32,000 bases of DNA from Candidatus Harpocratesius repetitus (GCA_021498095.1 JAIZWK010000001.1:450001-482000), one strand, 5' to 3'; counted from the first letter of the stretch, positions 8,067 through 18,507 are shown. Made by a program: numbers and translations. Notes: a model not told the origin generated them from the sequence alone.

Positions 8067-11000
8067 TTGACATTTGAAATCACCTTTTCTGATATTCCTG
8101 TAATGTTAGTGTTTATGATTGCCTTCTTTTCAGCCATTTCATTATGGCAATTTATTGCAAAAGAATATAAAACTGCAATTCATGAAAGCTTTTTTGGAAA
8201 ATTGAATTATATTTTTTCAGGAATCTTTTTTATTGCCACAGGAACGCTTGTAATCACCTTTATCTCAGCATTAGTTATTTCTTCTTTGGCAATCAACACA
8301 ATTTTTGCCATTCAAGAAAGGAAATTAGTATATATTGATGCAATGGCGCGACCATGGCAATTTTCTCAATTGATTCCATTTGCTTTAATAGTACTCCTTG
8401 TCTTATCAATCATCTATGTGATTATTGAGTACTTTGCATTTTCAAAGCGTTCTCTTGAAGGCCCAATGGAAATTCAACAATATTTTGAACAAAAGATAAT
8501 TAAACGCGTTCCTTTTCCCTTTACGATTTTTTCAGCATTAGGATTTTTACTAATAATAATTGTTTTAATTCCATATTTGCTCAGTGAATTCTCAATATTT
8601 ATTATTAACCATCCAGAATCCTTGCTAACTCAATTTCTAAGCTATGATTTTGATTTTAACTATTTCTTCCCAGAAAATCCCCAATTATGGCAGCGAGTCT
8701 TTGTGTTTATACCTTATTTAATGCTTGGACCGATGATTTATTTAATTTATTACAGTACTTTAGGAAATTCCCAAATATTATTTCATAGTTTTCGAGTTTT
8801 AAGGACACCAAAATATCTAAGAAAGGTTAAACACTGGGGAATGATATTTGTATTGATATTAGGCTTATTATCACTTGTATCTTCAATTTATAGTTTGATT
8901 TCTGACTTTCCTATTCTTTGGGGCCAGTACTCAGATATTACTACAAGTTATAAGGATTTACAAGGAGGATTTTTAGAAAATCTTATTATGAATATTATGC
9001 GCGAGGTATTACATGTTGATCAAAGTGGATTAGATGATTTTAAATATTTTACATCAATAGTGCCCCTAGATTTTATACTATTTATCATTACTTCAGTAGG
9101 ATTTGGATTATTAGGTTTCTCATCCGAGTTTCTTAAAAAAGAACCTCTTAATCGCCCATTATTAGTTAAATTTGCTACATATATTTTAATAGGTATTGCA
9201 TTTAACATATTTCTCAATATTCTCACAACTTGGCCATGGGTACTTCCTGAAAATTTCCATTTCCTTACTCTTGAATTTTCAGATCCTGAATTTCAGAAAA
9301 TTGTTTTATTCTTCTTTGGTCCTTTGCTTGTTGTACAAAATATTTTAACGGTTTTGTTTTTAGTATATAATATTTTTGGCAATAAGCAGATGCGTTATCA
9401 AATTGATTTCAATGTTTTAAATGAGGCAATAAAAAATCGCGAATATCCAACTATAGAATTTTTAAGTCGCAATTCCAATCCAAATTTAAGGTTTATGGTT
9501 GTAAACAGCATATTGGAACAAATCGATGAATTAATTTTGATTCAAAAAGCCGAAAGTAAAGAAAAGGAAAAGATCTTGGATCCAACTCTTATAAAAATTA
9601 TACAAAATCTCTTAATTGACAAAGATATACGAATTCATCAAATAATTACTCATTTATTCGAAAAAATTGTTGATAATTGCACTATTGATGAAATACTTCC
9701 CTTAATTTCCACTATAACTTCAAACAAGGAAATAAATAATGATTTTCTGGCAGATTACGAGTCAATTTTGAATAAATTTACCACCAAGCATTCTTCTGAC
9801 TTAGAACGAATAATCAAAGAGTTATATCGCACTAAAATAACTACATCTGGAGAGCAATTAATTCTTTCATTTGTCAAAAACATCAGTCATATACATCCTT
9901 CTTCTCTTCAAAAAATTCTTATGCATCTACTTAATTCTGAAAATCCTTTCTTGCAAAAAGGTGTGTTTGATATTGTGGGTTCAAATTTGAAGATCTTATC
10001 TAACCAACTAGAAGAAATATTTGAGATTGGAATAAAATTGTACTCCCAGGCAGATTTTGCTTTGAAAAAATCAATTTTGACTGTTAATTCTCAGATTGTT
10101 ATTAAGAATTCAAGATTAATGGAAAGGTTTTTCAATACTTTTAATTTGGAAAAACTCTCCAAAGATGAAGAGAAATTGATCTTTTTAGGAGCAGCAATTC
10201 GAATTATGGGAGAAAAAAAGAACCAATTCGAATATATTTTGGAAAAAATTAAACCTTTAATGACAACTGAATCAGAATTTCTTCAAGAACAAATTGCAAT
10301 TTCTTTTGGGTCATTATTTACTTCGACAAGTTTACAGCATTACTTGGTCCATTTTCATCCATTTGCCTTACGCTTATCACAAGTGGAAAATCAGACAATT
10401 TTAGAGAATTTATTCTCCTCGTTTGATTTTATGATGAAAATTAATCCTGAAATAATAAAGAGCAATTTGTATATTAAGGGTTTATTTAACATTTTGAAGA
10501 ATAGTGAAAGAGATCTTAAGAAAAGAGTTTTGAATAGTCTTTCAAATATCCAAATATCAATTATTTTACCTAATATTGAGCAAATTATTGAAGATATTTG
10601 TGTCCCACTCATGAAAGGTCAAAAAAGATTGGATAATAAGGAAAGAGAGCTGTTAATTGCGTTAGAAGATTATTTTGCAGCAGTTGTTCCTAATAATGGA
10701 GAGCTATTCATTTCTTCACAGATTTATATAAATCTTTTATCCATCCCATGGAAAGAATTGAAACTTCAAAATTATATTACAGATTTATTCAAAATTGGTG
10801 CATTTGCAAACTTTGGATTTTTCTGTCGTTATTTGAGTTATTTTCAAACAACATCTTTACTACAAGAAGATATCCGAAAAAGATTAATATTTTCTATTAA
10901 AAGCCATTATGTAATTGCTTCACTTGATGAAAAAATCAAATCTCCCTTCTCAATTGAAAGTTCACTAATAGATTTACCAATATTTGGAGATCTAAGAAAG

Positions 11001-12749
11001 GAAAAAATAAAAGATGTTGCATCGATCATTGAAAAAGAATGTAATTATGATGTACTGAAAGAAGAAATCAATGATTTCTTGAGTACTAACTCGATCCACC
11101 TAATTCAAACAAGTTTAGATTTTATGTCCAAAATACTCGATTATATACCTCAAGAACATAAACTTTTTTATCCAAAAATTATAAAATTGATTTCAATTAA
11201 GGATGTAAATGTATATATATCAATAGTGAAAATTTTAGGGAAATGTGCGCATATCCAACCTGATTTATACATCCCTAAACATATTCAAAGGAGATATAAT
11301 AAAAAGCGAGTAAAAGATCAAATTGATCCTCAATTTTGGTCATATCAAATATTTCCATTAATCGTAAATGTTCTTTCACAGAAAAAATCAACCGATATTG
11401 AATTCATCTGGGATTTAATTGATTTCATCTTAGAAAACACTTCTGATATAATGATTTTTATAAAGTTTCTGAAAAATTCTCTGCAGAAATCAACCAATTC
11501 AGATGTGAAGGTTGCAATATTGAATGTTTTTCAAAAATTACCAGGTATTTACAAAGATAAAAGACTTTATTCTATTTTACTTAAATTAATAAAATCAAAT
11601 GATGAAAAAATAGGTCTTGCTGCTTTAAAATTATTATCAAATATGCTGGTTAGTGGATTGGAAATTTTAGAAAATATTAGATCGAGCCATAGTGATTATT
11701 CGCGTATAGATAAATCACTTCAACGTTTAATTGAGAATCAAATGGATAATTTCTTTAAAATTAAACCGAAACAATTATCTTCAATCGCACTAAAACAAGA
11801 ATACCTTAAAGTATTAGAGCAATTTATTCCTTTTTCCATCGAATTCAGTTATATTTTTGCATCTTTGGCGCAAATTCTCAAAGAAAAATCAGTTAATTTA
11901 ACTGAGAAAGCATTAAAAATAGCAATGAAAATAATATCAATTCATCCTCATGAGCTATTTATTGGAATAAAATTTTACCAAAAATCACTTTGGGTACCAG
12001 AAATTTCAACAAAAAAGCTTATTCTCCATCAAATTTCGAAAATATATAAAGAACAAATAATTAAAATCCCTAATTTAGAATCAAAGGAAAAGATAGTAGG
12101 ACAAATACTTTTTATAGTCTATAATTTTTCATATATTGAGGAAAAGGAAATAGATTCACAAATAATGAATTTAATTCATTCCATTTTCTTTGACTATCCT
12201 GATATGTTACCTAAATTTTCAGAGATTTTAATTAAAATAATAGAATATCAATACAGAAATAATTCATTCGATATTTTCTTTGAATATATAAATATATTTT
12301 TCAGCCATTTCGATCAATTAAAAACAACAGAGAAAAAGCTTCAAGTAATCAAGTTAACATATCGATTCAGCCGATACAAAAATGAGAATTTTGCATTGGG
12401 TGCAATTCAATATATACCCAAGATAATCAATTCTTTCCCTGCAAAAATATACACTGTATTGGGAATTTTATATAATTTTTGCAGAATTTCCAATTCTTCA
12501 GTTTTACTTAGGACTTTTTCCAGCTTTAATTCAATTATAGAAACAACTCCTGAATTGACAATTTCTATAATGAAAAATCTTCAAAAAATTCAATCAAAGT
12601 CTCAAAGTGTGGCAATTCATGATTATTTAGAGAAATTAGATGAGAAATATAAAGAAGAAACCAAAACCAAAGAAAAAAACAAATTGAACAAGAAAAAAAA
12701 AAGAATTGATATAAGATCAAAGCAATTATCTAAAAGGGAAAATGTATAA
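8067..12749 (+). CDS. 1560-aa protein: ~9 N-terminal TM helices plus ~1100-aa predicted alpha-helical (HEAT/ARM-like) region
   Basis: Long uninterrupted ORF; hydrophobic segments confined to about aa 10-440, the rest amphipathic and I/L-rich with no enzyme motif. The solenoid call is inference. Confidence 0.7.
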   Translation: MTFEITFSDIPVMLVFMIAFFSAISLWQFIAKEYKTAIHESFFGKLNYIFSGIFFIATGTLVITFISALVISSLAINTIFAIQERKLVYIDAMARPWQFSQLIPFALIVLLVLSIIYVIIEYFAFSKRSLEGPMEIQQYFEQKIIKRVPFPFTIFSALGFLLIIIVLIPYLLSEFSIFIINHPESLLTQFLSYDFDFNYFFPENPQLWQRVFVFIPYLMLGPMIYLIYYSTLGNSQILFHSFRVLRTPKYLRKVKHWGMIFVLILGLLSLVSSIYSLISDFPILWGQYSDITTSYKDLQGGFLENLIMNIMREVLHVDQSGLDDFKYFTSIVPLDFILFIITSVGFGLLGFSSEFLKKEPLNRPLLVKFATYILIGIAFNIFLNILTTWPWVLPENFHFLTLEFSDPEFQKIVLFFFGPLLVVQNILTVLFLVYNIFGNKQMRYQIDFNVLNEAIKNREYPTIEFLSRNSNPNLRFMVVNSILEQIDELILIQKAESKEKEKILDPTLIKIIQNLLIDKDIRIHQIITHLFEKIVDNCTIDEILPLISTITSNKEINNDFLADYESILNKFTTKHSSDLERIIKELYRTKITTSGEQLILSFVKNISHIHPSSLQKILMHLLNSENPFLQKGVFDIVGSNLKILSNQLEEIFEIGIKLYSQADFALKKSILTVNSQIVIKNSRLMERFFNTFNLEKLSKDEEKLIFLGAAIRIMGEKKNQFEYILEKIKPLMTTESEFLQEQIAISFGSLFTSTSLQHYLVHFHPFALRLSQVENQTILENLFSSFDFMMKINPEIIKSNLYIKGLFNILKNSERDLKKRVLNSLSNIQISIILPNIEQIIEDICVPLMKGQKRLDNKERELLIALEDYFAAVVPNNGELFISSQIYINLLSIPWKELKLQNYITDLFKIGAFANFGFFCRYLSYFQTTSLLQEDIRKRLIFSIKSHYVIASLDEKIKSPFSIESSLIDLPIFGDLRKEKIKDVASIIEKECNYDVLKEEINDFLSTNSIHLIQTSLDFMSKILDYIPQEHKLFYPKIIKLISIKDVNVYISIVKILGKCAHIQPDLYIPKHIQRRYNKKRVKDQIDPQFWSYQIFPLIVNVLSQKKSTDIEFIWDLIDFILENTSDIMIFIKFLKNSLQKSTNSDVKVAILNVFQKLPGIYKDKRLYSILLKLIKSNDEKIGLAALKLLSNMLVSGLEILENIRSSHSDYSRIDKSLQRLIENQMDNFFKIKPKQLSSIALKQEYLKVLEQFIPFSIEFSYIFASLAQILKEKSVNLTEKALKIAMKIISIHPHELFIGIKFYQKSLWVPEISTKKLILHQISKIYKEQIIKIPNLESKEKIVGQILFIVYNFSYIEEKEIDSQIMNLIHSIFFDYPDMLPKFSEILIKIIEYQYRNNSFDIFFEYINIFFSHFDQLKTTEKKLQVIKLTYRFSRYKNENFALGAIQYIPKIINSFPAKIYTVLGILYNFCRISNSSVLLRTFSSFNSIIETTPELTISIMKNLQKIQSKSQSVAIHDYLEKLDEKYKEETKTKEKNKLNKKKKRIDIRSKQLSKRENV

Positions 12750-13554
12750 CTTCTGAAATTTGATATATATATGGATAAGTTGGCTTAATTCCGGTTATGA
12801 TTGTATATATAATAAGAAATGCTAAATACCCAAAAATCATAGAGAGAGAGCATACATTAAACGGTTTTGTATGCTTCTTTGATTTGATCAATTGAATTAG
12901 TATAAGGATTAAAATGAGAATTAATAATCCGCTAAATACTAGTCCCCATTGACCTTCTATAAATCCAAAAGCATTTCCAATACCAATAAAAAAGCTCATT
13001 AATCGAAGAAGCTTATCTTTTTTGCTGTTATACTCATCTTTTGTGTCTATTTTTCGTTCCATCTTTAAAAAAAGGAAGATCATCATAAAATATCCCAATC
13101 CGGTAAAGAAATGAGAAGCAATTTCATCCCAAAAATATAATCCTAATTCTAATTGTTCTAATGTGGAATTAGGAGGGATAATTGTTCCTTCATCTATCAT
13201 TGAATGCATAAATTCATTAAGTTGATTGGCAACCATATGAGAAATTATTCCAAAATTATAGATAATCAAAAAAGTAATAAAAAGCGTTTTATACCAATTT
13301 CGCCAATAACGTTTTGTAGGAATTTGATCTTCTAGAATCTCAAAAACATGTAATGTATTTACTGAAAAGACAATACCCAGCAATAATATATCCATCAATT
13401 CAGCCAAATCCATAGAAAAGGAGACTTGTTTATTAAGTTCCGATATAACAAACGGTATGGTTACAACTGGAAGAAACAAACGATATATTATGGCAAATAA
13501 GAAAAGCAAGCCATATCCTCCATAAAAGAATGTAATGGTTTTACGTAATTCCAC
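12730..13554 (-). CDS. ~7-TM membrane protein of unknown function
   Basis: GTG start 6 nt after GAGGTG (rc of 13561-13566); seven hydrophobic segments. Confidence 0.75.
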   Translation of the reverse strand: MELRKTITFFYGGYGLLFLFAIIYRLFLPVVTIPFVISELNKQVSFSMDLAELMDILLLGIVFSVNTLHVFEILEDQIPTKRYWRNWYKTLFITFLIIYNFGIISHMVANQLNEFMHSMIDEGTIIPPNSTLEQLELGLYFWDEIASHFFTGLGYFMMIFLFLKMERKIDTKDEYNSKKDKLLRLMSFFIGIGNAFGFIEGQWGLVFSGLLILILILILIQLIKSKKHTKPFNVCSLSMIFGYLAFLIIYTIITGIKPTYPYIYQISEVIHFPF

Positions 13555-13695
13555 ATTTTACACCTCAGATGAATTTTATATAAGAAAATTAAAACAATCC
13601 TAAAATGAATTATTAATAAATCAATGTTATAATTAGCATTCTAATAAAACTATAGAAAAAAATGGATTATTACGACTCTCTGTACTAATTTACCT

Positions 13696-14820
13696 TTATT
13701 TACACCTATGCTCAAGATCAATTGGAGAGTAAGAACGAATAGCAAATTGTTTATCAATATAAATCAAGAAAGAATGCTCACATATTAATCCACTGGGAAC
13801 TTTAATTGATACTAGATTCTTTGGGTTTTGCGTTCTTTTTTCTATTAGAGAATCTGGAATTTCATAATAAAGGAATTTATAACATGTAGGACATTGGATT
13901 TGAATTGCAGGATGTTCTCCTGTCGATTTAGGCAAAGGCACCCAACCAATTGAACGAGAATTAAGAACTGCTGATTTTTTACTCATTATTTCGTTAATTT
14001 CTTTATCTTCAATATTATTTTCTTCTCTTTGATTTTTTTTTAACGTTTCTTCAGTAATTTTTTGGAACTTATTTGATTGTAATTTTGAAGGAATTACGAT
14101 ACCTAAATAGAAACCTGCAATACTTGTCATTCCAGAAATTACAGCAAGATAATAAAATACTGTATAACCAGAATAAAGATTAAACTCCCAATATAGAAAA
14201 TCAGCGAGAATAAAAAGAAATACTAAAATCATTGCATATTCAGCAATTAGAAAACCTATAAATCCATAACGTGCATATTTGACAGAAATTCTTCGGTATA
14301 CTTGAGAAGTTAGAATTACTGCTCGTCCAAATAGTAATATTGAATAAGCTAGCATCGCACAAGAAGAATAAAATCGAATATTATCAGATCCTTCCGATCC
14401 TGTAGGAACTCCATAATAATTCTGAGGTAGAATCACTAATATCGCAATAAAAATTCCAATTATAATATATTTCCATAAAAATTTCCAATTAATACCGAAA
14501 ATATCCTTTATAAAAAAAATAAAAAGCACGTGTCCAATAATAAAAAAGAAATAAGCTATACCCATTCCATATCTATAAATTTCCATCTTGTATCCTGTAA
14601 AGAATCCTTCCAATACTGATATCAAAAAACAAATAAATGCCAATAAATATGAAGAAAATGACCAGACTAGGTGGCGTACTGCAATAACTTTTCGAGTACG
14701 CCAACGATAATATAAGATAAAAACAAGAATGAGCACTTGTATAATAATAATAATATATAGAACAATTACAACAGGAATTTCCTTTTCAATTGGCTCAAAT
14801 TCAGAATTGGAAAAAATCAT
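13696..14820 (-). CDS. 7-TM receptor-like protein with C-terminal Cys/His zinc-binding domain
   Basis: Seven hydrophobic segments in aa ~15-245, a charged linker, then CPTC...GLICEHSFLIYID..AIRSY. Confidence 0.75.
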   Translation of the reverse strand: MIFSNSEFEPIEKEIPVVIVLYIIIIIQVLILVFILYYRWRTRKVIAVRHLVWSFSSYLLAFICFLISVLEGFFTGYKMEIYRYGMGIAYFFFIIGHVLFIFFIKDIFGINWKFLWKYIIIGIFIAILVILPQNYYGVPTGSEGSDNIRFYSSCAMLAYSILLFGRAVILTSQVYRRISVKYARYGFIGFLIAEYAMILVFLFILADFLYWEFNLYSGYTVFYYLAVISGMTSIAGFYLGIVIPSKLQSNKFQKITEETLKKNQREENNIEDKEINEIMSKKSAVLNSRSIGWVPLPKSTGEHPAIQIQCPTCYKFLYYEIPDSLIEKRTQNPKNLVSIKVPSGLICEHSFLIYIDKQFAIRSYSPIDLEHRCK

Positions 14821-14997
14821 TGTTCATTGATTATAAGAAACACCCTCTATAAAAGAATTAGCCAATATCTCGGTGATTTTCAAAGTTAGTAAATATTGAG
14901 AAAAACTGTGTCATTAATTGTGTAATCAATTATTTTTATTTTCATAAATCAGAAGAAACGAAAGAATGGAAGTGACAAAAATTAGACCATTGGAAGA

Positions 14998-15042
14998 TTT
15001 ATATATGTAGCATACCTTGAATAATATAGTATTATACCTTGA
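14998..15042 (+). promoter_or_regulatory. TATA box plus candidate operator of the padR operon
   Basis: TTTATATA (14998-15005); direct repeat ATACCTTGA at 15012-15020 and 15034-15042, bracketing the inverted repeat ATAATA-tag-TATTAT (15021-15035). Confidence 0.5.
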
Positions 15043-15054
15043 GTGGCATAGTAT

Positions 15055-15621
15055 ATGGTGAATAATATGATTAAAAGAATTAAGTCTTTTCAATCCGACA
15101 GCCTTATGAGCGATTCAGATTTTCGCAATTTTGTCGAAAAAGCCGAATCTGAAATACTACGAGGCATTTCAACCATTTCTGTATTAAAAATAATCGACAA
15201 TCACTCGATTGAGGGAATTTATGGTTATCGAATTTTACAGGAACTTGAAGTTACCACTAAGAAGATGTTAATTATTGAAGAAGGGACATTATATCCACTT
15301 TTAAAAAAATTAGAAAAAGACGCTTTAATTCAAGCAGAAAGAAAAATTGTCAATAATCGACCACGAAAATATTATTATATTACTCCAAAAGGTCGACGCA
15401 TTCAAAATCACCTCACAGGTTTTTTCAATAAACTCATTGAATCAATGTCAACCTTATTCGAAATGAAGGTGGAATTACATGATACAAACTTTTTTTGCCC
15501 GAATTGTGCAAATATTATCGATATTTCACAACCAGATGTTAGATTTTGCGAAGTATGTGGTCTTAATTTAGAAGGTTACATCGCAAATAATAAAACAATG
15601 GAGGAAAATCAGAATGAATAA
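15055..15621 (+). CDS. PadR-family transcriptional regulator with C-terminal zinc ribbon
   Basis: YGYRILQEL...IEEGTLYPLLKKLEKDALI...RPRKYYYITPKG; CPNC...CEVC. Confidence 0.9.
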   Translation: MVNNMIKRIKSFQSDSLMSDSDFRNFVEKAESEILRGISTISVLKIIDNHSIEGIYGYRILQELEVTTKKMLIIEEGTLYPLLKKLEKDALIQAERKIVNNRPRKYYYITPKGRRIQNHLTGFFNKLIESMSTLFEMKVELHDTNFFCPNCANIIDISQPDVRFCEVCGLNLEGYIANNKTMEENQNE

Positions 15622-16663
15622 ATATAATATGGAAATAGAAATTAAAGCATTTTTAAAAGATGTAGAAGAAAAACTTCCCGGATGGCTGAAAGATGATAAA
15701 TTTGAAAAACGAGAAGTGCTAAATGAACTAGAAGAACACATCTGGGATAAAGCAGAAGAATTAGCAATGGGAGGTGAAATCACCTTAGTTCATGTGCAAA
15801 AAGCAATTAACTTGATGGGAACACCTGAAAGTATTACTCGTGAATACAAAAAGCGAGGAACCCCATATATTTACATCACTAAAGAATGGTGGGAGATTTA
15901 CAAAAAAGTGCTTACCATTGCTGTAGTTTCATTAATAGCGATAAATTTAATCGTATTCTTTGCTCAAATACTCAGTGTACCTTTTTGGGATAATTTCACA
16001 AGTATTTTCAGTGGATTATGGAATTCTATTCTACCTACTCTTGTAATTATTACAGTTATCTTTGTTGCACTAAGTATACAAGGCTACTTTCCCGAAGATT
16101 TAAGTCAAGAAACATCAAAAATAAAACAATCTATAAGTAAAGAGATTCATATTGAATTTGAAACAAAAAAATCATTAAAAAAAGTTAAAGCACCAATAAA
16201 CACAAAATCTCTATTAGGTGAAGGTATTTGGGGTGCATTCTGGACAATAATGATGATCATTCAACCGATCGAAGCAATAAATAATCAATTTACACCTGAA
16301 TTCTTAGAATTCGTCCGATTGTGTGGAATGTTGGGTATGATTGAAGCAATCATCAAAATCTTTCAGGTATTTGCGGGAATTCAACGAATTCGTACTCAAC
16401 AAATGCTAATATTGGGAATGATTGTAGTAGAGATCTTCTATATTCAACGATTTTTATGTGCTGTAGAGATTCCTGAGGTTCTTCGCATGTTTTCTCAGTG
16501 GAGCTTCGATCCATCAGGAATTTTTAGAATTATTTTATGGATCTCGATTGTAGGAACTGCAATTGGGTGCCTAGAAAAATTAGAAAAAATTACTTCCTAT
16601 TCGGGAAAATTGCACAGATATAATGCTGTACATGAAAGAAGTAACTCAATAAATCGAGATTAG
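15614..16663 (+). CDS. HAAS/DUF1700-like PadR-associated membrane protein
   Basis: N-terminal FLKDVEEKLP...EVLNELEEHIWD...AINLMGTPESITREY followed by several TM helices; overlaps the padR stop, the usual PadR-HAAS arrangement. Confidence 0.8.
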   Translation: MNKYNMEIEIKAFLKDVEEKLPGWLKDDKFEKREVLNELEEHIWDKAEELAMGGEITLVHVQKAINLMGTPESITREYKKRGTPYIYITKEWWEIYKKVLTIAVVSLIAINLIVFFAQILSVPFWDNFTSIFSGLWNSILPTLVIITVIFVALSIQGYFPEDLSQETSKIKQSISKEIHIEFETKKSLKKVKAPINTKSLLGEGIWGAFWTIMMIIQPIEAINNQFTPEFLEFVRLCGMLGMIEAIIKIFQVFAGIQRIRTQQMLILGMIVVEIFYIQRFLCAVEIPEVLRMFSQWSFDPSGIFRIILWISIVGTAIGCLEKLEKITSYSGKLHRYNAVHERSNSINRD

Positions 16664-16675
16664 AATGATTAGTAG

Positions 16676-16707
16676 ACTTTTTACTTTGTTGAATCGCAGT
16701 AAAAAGT
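16676..16707 (+). terminator. Hairpin downstream of the padR-HAAS operon
   Basis: Perfect 10-bp stem ACTTTTTACT (16676-16685) / AGTAAAAAGT (16698-16707) with a 12-nt loop, between convergent genes. Confidence 0.5.
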
Positions 16708-16941
16708 TCCATAATAGCGATTTTATTGCCATTTTTTTATATTTTCTATATCAATCTAAAAATGAAAAGTTGATAACCAAATAATAGAAGAATATAATCA
16801 TTTACTCAAATTTCTTCCGCCTAATTTATTTATCTTTGTTGTAATACATTTAATGATTAAGCTAAAAAAATTTTAGTACATATGAAAAATGAAGGAAAAA
16901 ATTGTTAGGTCAGATTATTGGATAAAGATTTCCCTAGTAAA

Positions 16942-17463
16942 TTAAACGCGATCATCCAAAATTCCACCACAATGAGGACAATGACGGCCGTGTGCAATTT
17001 TTTCCCATTGTTTTCCAAATTTTTCCTTTAACTTTGTATTTAAATCGGATAAATCACTTGGAATAATTTCCATCATTGAGAGATGGTTAGTTCGATAAAA
17101 TTTACGCTTTTTTTCCATAGTTTCTTTATATTTTTTTCCTGAAAATCCAAAGAATTCCAAATAAAGATCTAGATCAGGCAAATACCAATCATATTTGTAT
17201 TGATGAGCTGCTGATTTTACAATCACATCTTCATATTTATGTGCAATTCCATTTCTGTAAAGAAAATTATCTACTAAACACTCAGAAATAGAACGTACCA
17301 CATCTCCATCCAAACATACATATCGGGAAGGATATTTTGCTTGATAGGCTTGAACAGTGCGATTTTTCTGCCACAAATTCGCAATAATAACAATTAAAAT
17401 GACTAAAATGATAATAAATCCCATTAAAAGGAGAAAAAGTTCTGTATTCCACTCCATATTCAC
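16942..17463 (-). CDS. Membrane-anchored PD-(D/E)xK-like nuclease-fold protein
   Basis: N-terminal TM helix; DGDVVRSISECLVDNFLYRNGIAHKYE...YDWYLPDLDLYLEFFG resembles the restriction-like nuclease fold; C-terminal HCPHC. Confidence 0.6.
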   Translation of the reverse strand: MNMEWNTELFLLLMGFIIILVILIVIIANLWQKNRTVQAYQAKYPSRYVCLDGDVVRSISECLVDNFLYRNGIAHKYEDVIVKSAAHQYKYDWYLPDLDLYLEFFGFSGKKYKETMEKKRKFYRTNHLSMMEIIPSDLSDLNTKLKEKFGKQWEKIAHGRHCPHCGGILDDRV

Positions 17464-17571
17464 GATATATTTCCAACTCTATTTAAATTCATAGTTCTCT
17501 TCATTCTTAATCTTGAAATTTTCAATTGAAAAATACATAGCACTTAAAAAGGATTTAAATTGATTATTTAT

Positions 17572-17860
17572 GAGCTTTTATCAACATTTGATAGATTGAT
17601 AAAAAAATAAAAATCATGCATAATTTACGCATTTACCAACATTCCATCCAAATTTGAAATTTGTCGATTAGAAATTTAGAACTTTTTTTATCAAATTCAA
17701 CTATAATATGATTAAAAATAGTCAAAAATCGACCCATAATTATATTTTTTAAAGTTCATTTTTGCCGACTGAAATAATTCTTGGATAGAATTGATTATTG
17801 TCGGAAAATGAAAGATTAAAATGGCAATTCAGTCAAAAATAAAGAAGTTGCTAGAACCTC
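17572..17860 (-). mobile_element. MITE copy A (289 bp)
   Basis: Ends GAGGTTCTAGCAAC / GAGCTTTTATCAAC (11/14 inverted match); perfect 4-bp TSD TTAT (17568-17571 and 17861-17864); alignable along its length with 20512-20798 and 29211-29813; no ORF. Confidence 0.8.
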
Positions 17861-17889
17861 TTATAACAAATTTTATTAAAATGAAAATT

Positions 17890-18498
17890 CTAAAAATTAA
17901 GCTCCTTTTTTATTTTTTTTATTAATTGAATTTCTGAATCTTCTTTTAATTTACTTAAACCAGGGCCTATTGAATGTCGATATTTATGAAAAATACTCTT
18001 TTGCGCTATATTTCTATCTAAATTTGTTATTTTATGCATCACAATTTGTGCAATTCTTAATCCAGGATATATCTTTATTGGAATGTTTCCGACATTTTTG
18101 AGTTCTAGTGTAATTACACCTGAAAATTCAGGATTAATTATAGTGGCAGTGGCAATTATTAAACCTAATCTACCCCATGATGATCGTCCAATGATGTAAG
18201 CCATGATATTACTTGGTAATTTAATAAATTCAAGGGTTGTACCAAGAATGAATTGATTAGGATGAAGAGTTATAGATTCTCCAATCTTTTTCTTTACATT
18301 CACTGCAGGCATTTCATGATGTATTTTCCCAATTGGGTCAAAATTAGAAATTTGATGCTGAGTATAAAAATAAAACTCAGTTCCTAATCTTAAATCTACA
18401 GAAGAATCTTGAATTTGTTTTTCAAAAATTAGTGGTGTAATTGTAAGTCTTTTTTCTCTAAGGAGATTAATTATTTCCTCTTTATTCAATATCATCAT
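17890..18498 (-). CDS. dcd: dCTP deaminase (trimeric dUTPase fold), variant active-site loop
   Basis: SSVDLRLG, LHPNQFILGTTLEFIKLP, GRSSWGRLGL, GVITLELKNVG..PIKIYPGLRIAQI. SD GAGGAG just upstream. Confidence 0.88.
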   Translation of the reverse strand: MMILNKEEIINLLREKRLTITPLIFEKQIQDSSVDLRLGTEFYFYTQHQISNFDPIGKIHHEMPAVNVKKKIGESITLHPNQFILGTTLEFIKLPSNIMAYIIGRSSWGRLGLIIATATIINPEFSGVITLELKNVGNIPIKIYPGLRIAQIVMHKITNLDRNIAQKSIFHKYRHSIGPGLSKLKEDSEIQLIKKIKKELNF

Positions 18499-18507
18499 TT
18501 ATCTCCT

